Shown: piece by piece, positions 52,923-64,000 of the stretch | Numbering within the stretch: the first letter of the stretch is position 1 | Layout: each line of letters opens with the position of its first letter | Source: Tubiluchus corallicola | Lineage: Eukaryota; Animalia; Priapulida | Reading direction: 5' to 3' | NCBI GenBank assembly: GCA_030141605.1 | Contig: JAQGDQ010000084.1 | Coordinates: forward strand, 620,001-684,000 | Length of the DNA: 64,000 nt | The notes under the pieces: generated by a model | Seen by the model: only the letters and a program-made list of their open reading frames with translations | Database searches by the model: none | What the model was told of the DNA's origin: nothing | Position numbers and translations under genes: made by a program

Positions 52923-53440
52923 TGTTACTGATACATTTCCGCTATAGTGGCTGTAGAGGCCAATGCGAGCAGAGCAAGATCTTCCACAGTTAGTGCACTG
53001 GAATGCTGAAGTGCTTTCCGTAATTGTGGGATTCTTCCTTCATTGATGCCTCTATTCCCACTTTGTCCGGAGACCGTTTTCTTTTTGCTTAACCCCATCA
53101 AACAGTAACTTTCTCCGAGTTTCTCTGTCCAAGGCCGCAGTTTCCCAGTTTTGGCATCTAAGCTTGAAAAGCTGCAAATCTTTCTTTAGAACATCCTTAA
53201 ATCTCAAATCTCAAATCTGTCTTCTTTCAGCACTCCATAAAACTAATCCTTTGGTATCTACCGTCAAGAATCCTAACCATAATGTTCCGCACATCTCGGT
53301 CGGCGATGTTTTAGCATGGACTGTAGTTAGTGTAGTGTCAAACGCTTGTGAGTTGGTGACACGACCCTTCGATGATATCCCTACATTCTGCGAAGACAGC
53401 TTTAATTGCAGCCAGCAAAAAGAGGCAGGCTTCTACAATA
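52923..53440 (-). mobile_element. Degenerate 3' fragment of an RTE-clade LINE
   Basis: The minus strand reads, with stops and frameshifts, ...CLRRM*GISSKGRVTN... and ...RFKDVLKKDLQLFKLRCQNWETAALDRETRRKLL...FQCTNCGRSCSARIGLYSH. This is the typical RTE ORF C-terminus with CxxC...RIGLxSH. Confidence 0.8.
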
Positions 53441-55130
53441 TGTAATTTTTGAATATAGAAATTCTAAATTTTGAAATTTTAAGAAAGAGTTATTTGCCCA
53501 GAAAATACTTAGCTTTTGCACTGAAAATGTTCAATTCATTTGCCCTGACCCCTCGCTTCCCACGCCCATCAACGTGGCGCAGGAACTGGAGATTTCGAAG
53601 CGCACTCAAAATCAATGCAAAGCAATTGCGTCTCTATGGCTATTCCTTTCGAGGAAGGTGATATAGTGTCAACCAATGGTAAAGCCAAACTTATAGACCA
53701 CACATTTCAATCACACAATTATATCGTATTGCATCATTCCATTGTTCCTTAAATGTCATTCTTGCTGGATCATTCAAACTCCACATCGAGCAATTAGTCA
53801 AGAAGACACCGCAACACTCATCCAGTCATTTACTAACTAGTCACTGCGCTGCACAACTTTCATAGTCAAGCGTACAGCATGATCACTCAGTCGGCTTCTC
53901 ATTACCATTTTCAATGTTTGGCATTATCACAGCAACAGCGAATGGCAGTTGTGGTGGCAGTGGCTGCTGGAGTAGCAACGGCAGTAGCAGCAATGACAAA
54001 CAATCAGCTAAAATTACAAGAGAGGAAATCTTATACTGCGCTACAGTTGAGCAATGAGCAAAATGTATAAAACGTTAGTTGGTTTTCTCTTACCAACAAC
54101 AGCGTTATACGCAACTTAAACCTTGCCAACTTATTCATTCTGTAATATCGTTATTAAACACGAGATCTCCAATCTCCAAGCGAGTACTTTATAAGTTTGC
54201 ATAACGGATAACAAAGCAAAATGAAAAGATGTATTGTACTTGATACACAAAAAGGATAAGAGCGATTTGAAGAGAATTTCGGAATGAAACTCGACATTAA
54301 GATCCTCTACCAGACATCAGATATTTCTTCAGTTAGACCCCCAATACACGACGGAGGAACAAACGGAACAGTAACAGATCAAGCATTCAATATGGTAAAC
54401 GCTTTTCGTAGTCTGCTTGCCTGTTTGCATGTGTATCTTATGGACAAACGCCACGTGTAAAGAGCAGTTTCCTGTGAAAGCTCTGCAGGCGTGAGATTAT
54501 AATACTTAAGAGTTTGGAATCACTGATCCTGCCACCGGAAGTTTGCTATAAGGTGTTACTCTAGCCAATCAGATGTGTATTGAGATGCATCTTTTATTAC
54601 TGCGCCTAAAGGCCAATCATCAGCAACTTAGAAGTAGTCCCGTCTCCGTGGTGACACGGCAGCAGACGACATTACAAAAGGTGACAGGTCAGCAGAGGCT
54701 CGTTGCTAGGTTTTACTAAGACTAGGTGTTCGACACAAGTTAACTAAGTTTCGCCTTAGAATTGTGGGTTATAAGGATCAGCATTATCAGCTGGAAGGCA
54801 GTAAGTTTGTAGACTGAAGTGCTTTGCTATAGACTCAGCACCAGGCGTTTAGACGTTTAGGCGTCTTACCCTCTTAGACTTATTGTGGATGTTCATCAGT
54901 GCACTTAATGTTCAATATACTATACGATCACATATGCTAAACAAGACTTTATGTTGCATACTTCATCACGTGACGATAATTATAGTGCTTATTCAAAGAG
55001 AAGTTTACAATTGATAATGAACTAGTCCACTCAAAGAACATGTTCATTATTACCAGACACACATACATTATTGCTTATGTTCCGTCACTAACATCAGCAA
55101 GCTTGCAGACATTGGAGAAAAATTTAAAAA

Positions 55131-55536
55131 GATAATTAGAAATAGTACATAGTGACTTTAGGCATAGTACATAGACACAAGAACGAAGATAATAATTAGA
55201 AATAGTACATAGTGACTTTAGGCATAGTACATAGACACAAGAACGAAGATAATAATTAGAAATAGTACATAGTGACTTTGGGCATAGTACATAGACACAA
55301 GAACGAAGATAATTAGAAATAGTACATAGTGACTTTAGGCATAGTACATATACACAAGAACGAAGATAATTAGAAATAGTACATAGTGACTTTAGGCATA
55401 GTACGTAGACACAAGAACGAAGGTAATAATTAGAAATAGTATATAGTGACTTTAGGCATAGTACGTAGACACAAGAACGAAGGTAATTAGAAATAGTACA
55501 TAGTGACTTTAGGCGTAGTACATAGACACAAGAACG
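55131..55536. repeat. 57/60-bp minisatellite, 7 copies
   Basis: Unit AATTAGAAATAGTACATAGTGACTTTAGGCATAGTACATAGACACAAGAACGAAGAT(AAT). Confidence 0.95.
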
Positions 55537-55852
55537 TCTTATACAGATGGAAAATTACGCTTGTACAATGAAACTTTAAGTGAATGGAAAACAATTAGGG
55601 TTTTACCATAAAACGAATACAGAAATAACGAAGCACAAACAGATGGTTTGCTTTATGCAGGTCTTACAACAAAAATGATTTAAACAGCAAAAAACAGACG
55701 AGCTAAGGTAACTATTTACATCAAGGTAACATAAACGAACTGTTATTCAAAGTGACTGAAAAAGCAACACAATTTTCAACATTCCTCATACAACAATTTC
55801 ATTCAGCGCTAAATATCACATAAGCTGCAGCTTTAAAATTTATCGTTCTGTA

Positions 55853-56101
55853 CGTTGTTGTTGTTGTTGTTGTTGCTGTTGTTGCTGTTGTTGTTTTGTT
55901 GTTGTTGTTGTTGTTGTCACTGCTGTTACTGTTGCTTTTGTTGTTGTAACTGTTGTTACTGTTGCTTTTGTTGTTGTCATTGACGCTATTGGTGTTGTCG
56001 TTGTAATTTTCATCGTCGTCATTGCCATTGCCATTGCCATTGTTGTTGTTGTTGTTGTCACAGCTGCTGTTGTTGTTTGTTGTTGTTGTCACTGCTGCTG
56101 C

Positions 56102-56146
<45 letters not shown>

Positions 56147-56658
56147 CACAGCTACTGTCGTCGTCGTCGTTGTTGTTGTTGTTGTCACAGTTACTGTCGT
56201 TGTTGTTGTTGTTGTTGTTGTCACAGCTACTGTCATCGTCGTTGTTGTTGTCGTCACAGCTACTGTCGTTGTTGTTGTTGTCACTGCTGCTGCTGTTGTT
56301 GTCGTCGTCATTGTTGTTGTTGTCACAGCTGCTGTCGTTGTTGCTGTTGTCACAGCTAGTGCCGTCATCGTTGTTGTTGTTGTCACAGCTGCTGTCGTTG
56401 TTGTTGTTGACGCAGCTAGTGTCGTTGTTGTTGTTGTCACAGCTGCTGTCGTTGTTGTTGTTGTCACAGCTAATGTCGTCGTCGTTGCTGTTGTTGTCAG
56501 AGCTACTGTCGTCGTCGTTGTTGTTGTTGTCACAGCTACTATCGTTGTTGTTGTTGTCATAGCTAGTGTCGTCATCGTTGTTGTTGTTGTCACAGCTAGT
56601 GTCGTCGTAGTCGTCGTCATCGTTGTTGTTTGATGTTTTTGTTGCTGTTGTTGTTGTT
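55853..56658. repeat. Degenerate (GTT/GTC)n repeat with recurring GTCACAGCT interruptions
   Basis: Directly visible. It produces the poly-T, poly-V and poly-L ORFs on both strands. Confidence 0.95.
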
Positions 56659-57789
56659 AAGCAACAAACTGCTGATGTGAAATGTCAAAAGTTGTGTTGA
56701 GTCTTTGACGTCATTATCCAGGCACTGCTATTTCTACAACTAACCTCACGTCCGCGTCAATAGTTTTATTTTAAAAACTGTAACCATGTGTTTGGTCTTA
56801 TATTTATACACTGTATAATCTCAGTGACATTCTTAGCTGCCATACAAGGTCAATGCAACGTTCGGTAACTACCAATATGTTTCAAGTCTGTTACTTGTAT
56901 AGGATATCCCAGTAATGTAACAACCTGGCGTAAATGAAAGCTTATTCATTCCCTGCACATTATCAATCGTCTGTTGACTTGTGGGTGAACGAGGAATGTC
57001 CATAGGGTGTTTGGTTAGTAAAAATGAATAAAATATAATGGAACCTTGTGACAACACATCACTCCTCACACTTGACTATTACTGCGTCACAGTGACACAA
57101 CACACTCACCATTTCGTCACACGTTTCATTGGTCATTGTTTGCAAAAAAGTCGTTGGTTATTGCCTCAAAGGATTACGTTTTGGTCCACGGGTATTAACG
57201 TTGTTCGTCCACATTGTCCTTGGTCTCAGATGCCATCAATACGTCACAGACAGCAGCGGACCAACAATGGTTCGAGTCGGGTAACAATGTCAAGTTCCCG
57301 AATGAGCAAGAATAATATCACATACAGACGCCGACATCACACGACTCGTGGCGCCACTCTGCGTACTTTTTTCTGCAATAAACAATTATTTTTACCGACT
57401 TCGTAACAACCGACAAAGTTACACATTCAGCAATGCGTGGACATGAAACACACATTTAAATACATTCCTTTCTTCTCGTTTGGCTTCGCTTCCGTTTCCG
57501 CACTTTCGTTTCATTCTCGATTTTAATTTTCTAGTTGCCTGACCAGTCCTTTCGTCTAGTTAATTTTGTGCATAATGAATTCACATTCTTATCCCTAGTT
57601 TTCCTTTTCATCAGATGCTTAAAACATCATCTAACTTATTTGCTTCACTTGCAACACAGAGTAACTATCGTAAACGGGACAAAGTTGCGAACGCTACAGC
57701 AGAATGAGCAGGTGTCACGTTCGTTTAAGCCAATGATTCCTCTAAACCGCATTCCCCTTACAAGTCCATCTCCAATGTGATTCTTACTG

Positions 57790-58575
<786 letters not shown>

Positions 58576-59482
58576 ACCTGCCTTGTTCCTGGACTTTGAT
58601 CTTCTGCTTATGTTCTGAATACTTAGTTACTGCTTATGAACTGAAGTTACTGAATTGATAAAGCAGCCGGGTTTGCTTTACCCGCATGTCAAGTGGCTGT
58701 TGTAGTTAAGACGCGTTGCTGTGGTACACTTAACCTTTGACCTACAGCAAGTGCGCGTGCGCAAAACGAAACTGCGAAAAGGCTTATTAGGACAAAGGTG
58801 GCAAATATTACAGATTTGTGAGAATTAATTTCACACATCTCTGACGTGCTGCTTTAAACACAAGTAATTTCAAATGCTAATTATGACAGTAAAGACAAAA
58901 AACTAAAATTCAATACAACAACCATAATCCAGAAAATGACAAACTACATTTAGGAATGAAATCCATACGTCTACACTCACTGGGGCGCTGGTTGTTAAGT
59001 TTCTAATTATTATTTAACTCGAATAAAACCGGACAGAAAAAATACAAAATGCAATATATTGACCACTAGCACGTCATTCAGCTGTACAGTCTGTTAAACT
59101 AGACATTTTTTAAACGTTTTTATTTTGATTTTTATTACTAATTTCGTTGCACACCACGCCTCAAACTGTTCACATTGCACTAATTCATGAAATATATAGA
59201 CGGATTACAGAAACGTTAAAAACATCAAGATTTCGGTTTGATTGTCAAAAACGATACGTCAGACTGCTTATACTGCCTGTTGCATTAACGCCCCAGCAGT
59301 TGGAGTTTCAAAATGTCTGTTTCCAAATTTAAGTTACGTCACATTACATTAAAATAAGGAGTAGAAGAGAGAGAGATGATAACGTTTGCACCCAGAGATT
59401 CACAATCGATTAAACGCAGGCGCTCTTTCCTCCCCCGCTTCGTCCCTCTTCCCTTATTTTAATCTAATGTGACTTATAGTTG

Positions 59483-60284
59483 TTATACTTGAGCTTCTGG
59501 ATCGGTGGAATCTTCCTGAAAGGAATCCCGTATTTGCGTCATGTGATTAGCTATGATGTAACCATAAAATTTGTTATACCATTCCACAGATCTTCCCCTG
59601 TAACAGCACAACATGTAACGCGTTACAACACGCATAAACACCAGGAGAACACAAGCAGTGTTAAATTTTTCATGCATTTCTGTTAAAGGAAAAGTTAACA
59701 CTTCTGAGCAGTTGGTCTTATTTTCAATAATTGCGAAAAATGTTAAAACGACTTTGTGATAAGTATGTGATAAGTGTCTTGTGTAATCACTTTAAAGCGA
59801 TTCTTCCACCAATGACGTCACTAGACGGTCAAAGAAAAGCAGCACATTGTCTATTTCTGTTAAAAGTATAACAAACTTTTACAAAAATTAGATACGTAGT
59901 TTTGTGACATTTTTGCATTAGATGAGCTACAGAAGGTTGAATTAGTATACAGAGATTGCTTACGGAAAGCCACGATACACTTTCCAAAAGTCACTAGTTA
60001 TGTTATAATTTTCAAGCGAATGGCGGCTACCACCGCGCCCGAAAATTTCTATACAGCCGTAGTACGGATTGACTTTGTGCTTTATAGACAGTTTTGGTGC
60101 AAATTTCTTCTTCACATTTTTCTATAACAGTAAAATACACTCAACAGGCTGAGTGACTTGGCTTTCCTTTAAACAGTTTTAGGAAGAGGAATGTTTTTAG
60201 ATTAGACGATTATAAAAATTACTGGCTTTAAAAGTAATAACTTTTTTTAGAGAAGAAAGAATTTAACACACACACACACACACA

Positions 60285-60316
<32 letters not shown>

Positions 60317-63204
60317 CACACACACATGTATATACAAATATATACACATATATATGTATGTGTTGTTTATTAGACCCTTTCTTCTCTAAAAAAAAGTTAT
60401 ACATGTGTGCGTGCGTGCATGCATGTGTGTATATAATGACTGTGGCTGGCATACGTGAATAAATGTTTGATTCCACAGTACAGGAGCAGCAAATGGATGA
60501 GATTGATCATCCTCCAGGAGTGACTAGTTTTATTTTAGGTTGGACCAGGTTCATTGAATTTGCTCAACTCAAACTACATTGTGAAATTAACTCACGAAGA
60601 TAACCGGAAATAAAAGTGCAGAGTAAAGGATTTATCAAACTCACTTAGTATCGATCCTACAAATGTGTGTTACTTTGCATTTGTCCTCTCCAATGGGTTC
60701 AAATAGGTATCGTGATGCTAGAACAATTCCTCTGACTTGTCCTCGTGATGTAGCTTGAGGATGTTTCACTGATGTTATTATTGCTACGCAAGCACCTTTT
60801 GGGACGTCTGTTCTCCACGACCTAGATAAATAGTAGCAAGAATATACTTTTGAGTTTGGGCAATATTCAGTAGGTCGGTCGATCGGTCGGTCGGTCGGTC
60901 AGTCAGTCAGTCAGTCAGTTAGTCAGTCGGTCGGTCAGTCAGTCAGGCAGGCGGGCAGTCAAGCAGTCAATCAGTCAGTCAGTCAGTCAGTCAGTCAGTC
61001 AGTCAGTCAGTCAGTCAGTCAGTCAGTCAGTCAGTCAGTCAGTCAGTCAGTCAGTCAGTCAGTCGGTCGGTCGGTCAGTCAGTCAGGCAGGCAGGCGGGC
61101 AGTCAAGCAGTCAATCAGTCAATCAGTCAGTCAGTCAGTCAGTCAGTCAGTCAGTCAGTCAGTCAGTCAGTCAGTCAGTCAGTCAGTCAGTCAGTCAGTC
61201 AGTCAGTCAGTCAGCCAGTCAGTCAGTCAGTCAGTCAGTCAGTCAGCCAGCCAGTCAGTCAGTCAAGCAATTAGGTGGCTGTTTGTCAGTTGGTCTTATT
61301 AGCCAATTAGTTTGTTAAAGAACCAGCTAGTTATTTAGTCTGACAAGCCCTAACTCAATATCGTCTGATGGACCATGACACTGGGTGGGTGGCTGGAATA
61401 ACTTAACCAGGTCTGTCGAGCGATTGATTAATCGGCTAATTATTAAACATACCTAAGTACGCAGTAGTCTCGAGTCAGATGTGGTGCAATACCATTGAGA
61501 GTGTATTGAAATACTTCTGTACGCTTATCAAGCTTTTCTAACAACCTTGATTTCGCGAAGTTGTGGTCCCACAGTTCCCTGAAAGCAGAGAAATTGATAA
61601 GCAGATGTGTTAAGTTGTGACGTAGTGCACGCACTCGATAGTTCTTGCGTGAACACAGTTTGCAATTTGGTTCTTAAAGTTAAAATATAAGAACATTTGT
61701 TCAGTTGTGACGTAGTGCACGCGCTCGACAGCTCTTGCGTAAACACAGTTTAAATTTTAAACTTAAAATTTGCCTTGTTTTTTGTGTGCCACACTGAATA
61801 TTAAACAGTAACACTGCACTTCAGTTTTCACTTTCTGAACACATGCAACGTGCTCGTGGAATGTTTATGCTGTTGCAAATTATGTTCAGTTGTGATGTCA
61901 TCACTAGCTTGGATCTCCGGCCGTAAAGAAAGTTGTTAATCTATTATTTTGTCAGCCGAATCACTTTGACACTATTATGAGAGTTAAAACGTATATTTTT
62001 TACCGCACTTCAAAATGAGTTAGCATATGAAAAATCGTCCTGTTTTCCTTTAATTATTATGACATGGTATTAATACCTTTCACGCAAAACTCTGTGAAGA
62101 ACTTCCAGTGGGGGCGCATCGACTTCAACTGAATATTTCCACAGTTTCAATGGATAACCATCTGAGAGTTTCTTATACGATAAGTCAGTGATCTTATTTG
62201 CTCCTACAGAAATCCAACCCTTGAACTTCTCACGTGACTCCTGCAAAATAAACACAGATTCCCCTCATTTCATGTTCCCTTCAATGGCAGGTGTGGTTCT
62301 TGAAATTATGCTTTTTACGACTTTTGCTGACGTTTCACAAACACCAAGAAATTTTGCTCTAAATTTTAATGTGGTTGATTTCACGACAGCCCCTTGGTAG
62401 TCATGGCAACGTCTAAGAGAGGAAGATACTGCGTCTATTTGTAATTTCTGCTAATAAGCATTTTTGTGATTGTCCTGGCGATTGATGATGCTCGTGAAAA
62501 GGTCAAAGGTTAAGTGTACCAGACAACGCATTTGTGTACACTTGACAACGCCTCGCAGCCCATGCTATTGCAATAGAAACAGTTTTAACAGCTAGGTAGA
62601 ACCTTACCTAGTTCATTTTTTCTTGTTCCAAAGCAAGATCCTGCTAGTAAATCACTCTACGTACAAACTAATGCATAATTAAGTAAAATCCATATAAGCC
62701 AATTGAAGTAAGTGATGTGGCAGATGGCTTTGCTTTACCCACATGTCACGTGACGGTTGTAGTTAAGACACGTTGCTGTGGTACACTTAACGTTTGACGT
62801 ACAGCAATTGCGCGTGCGCACAACGAATCTGTGAAAAGGCTTCATTCTCCATTGAAATATTGAAGCCTACTTAATTTTTCATTCACACAGTTGCCATCGT
62901 AGACTGATTATGACGTAGATTGTTCATTGTTTCTGAGGCAGATGATTATGACGTAGATTGTTTATTGTTTCTGAGGCAGAATGCTGTATGAAATTGAAAG
63001 TACTTTAATACACGAAGAAAATGTCATTCACATAAAATGATAGAAAAAGAGTAACAAAAATTAAAAGCATACCTTTATCGTGCTGTTGATGCAAGCATTA
63101 ATGTAACTGTTGTAACCTCCACTTAAACCAAATTCATCTGTTCCGGCAATATTCAGTTGCTCTAGACTGGGCAGTCGGTAGACTGACGCAGGTGCTTCCG
63201 GCAA
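59483..63204 (-). CDS. STARD13: DLC/STARD13/crossveinless-c-type RhoGAP, START-domain 3' exons (5' part lies beyond the window end)
   Basis: Exons are 63204-63073, 62240-62077, 61578-61453, 60821-60645 and 59597-59483, all GT-AG with matching phases (0,2,2,2). Translation ...ESREKFKGW...LSYKKLSDGYPLKLWK...VDAPPLEVLHRVLRERELWD...APHLTRDYCVLRSWRTDVPKGAC...LASRYLFEP...CRIDTKGRSVEWYNKFYG...IRDSF...EAQV* matches the DLC1/STARD13 START domain. The exact paralog name cannot be decided for an invertebrate. Confidence 0.9.
59687..60168 (+). mobile_element. Kolobok-like family C copy in the last STARD13 intron
   Basis: TTAA|AGGAAAAG ... CTTTCCT|TTAA. Homologous to 26153-26705. Confidence 0.75.
60872..61266. 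repeat. (CAGT)n tetranucleotide microsatellite
   Basis: Directly visible, with a higher-order duplication of the GGCAGGCGGGCAGTCAAGCAG interruption. Confidence 0.97.
62453..62846 (+). mobile_element. MITE family B, full-length copy
   Basis: AATAAGCATTTT ... GTGAAAAGGCTT termini. Homologous to 32736-33134. Confidence 0.75.
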
Positions 63205-63401
63205 CTGCCAAAATAAAAGCAAAATATTTCATAACAGACGGCAACAATGGCAAATACCGCACATCGCGTACGTTGGGTTAACATTGTGAAAGCAAAGTCT
63301 ATTGAGAGGAAGTGACGAAACGCGCCTATATCCACCATAGTTTCACTTCTGCGATATACCTATAACGGGTACGGCAAATTGGGAATATGGCGATAAATTA
63401 C

Positions 63402-63866
<465 letters not shown>

Positions 63867-64000
63867 AAGAATTCCCGGCCGTCAAAAAAGCACTTTAATC
63901 TGGAATCTGGATCAATCGATATGGACTAATCACGTATTTACACAAAAATTGTCAAAAGATTGATTACCATGAACAGGTTATGGTAGCGTTCGATCATAGT

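Noticed and set aside
55799-56633. Mucin-like Thr-rich ORF (273 aa) and complementary Val/Leu ORFs
   Set aside because: Degenerate (GTT)n sequence is open in several frames on both strands. There is no signal peptide and no clear exon boundary.

Overview
This window is AT-rich eukaryotic (invertebrate animal-type) genomic DNA with GT-AG spliceosomal introns; there are no prokaryotic features. I reconstructed six protein-coding genes by hand from splice signals and reading frame: SPATA4 (+, 5 exons), MFSD3-like (-, single coding exon), CAMSAP/Patronin (-, 1513 codons with no intron), DPH3 (-, 3 exons), a CTR1/SLC31A copper transporter (+, 2 exons), and the five 3' exons of a DLC/STARD13-type RhoGAP-START gene (-). 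Gene identities come from recalled family motifs, not from database searches. The most striking arrangement involves DPH3. Its stop codon lies only 326 nt upstream of the ATG of the complete, intronless Patronin ORF on the same strand, and it shares a 239-bp ETS-motif head-to-head promoter with CTR1. This suggests a bicistronic or operon-like DPH3-Patronin transcript, possibly formed by a retrogene captured in a 3' UTR. The rest of the window holds several MITE families (pogo/mariner-, hAT- and Kolobok-like), a decayed RTE LINE, a tRNA-derived SINE, and many mini- and microsatellites concentrated beyond ~44.4 kb.
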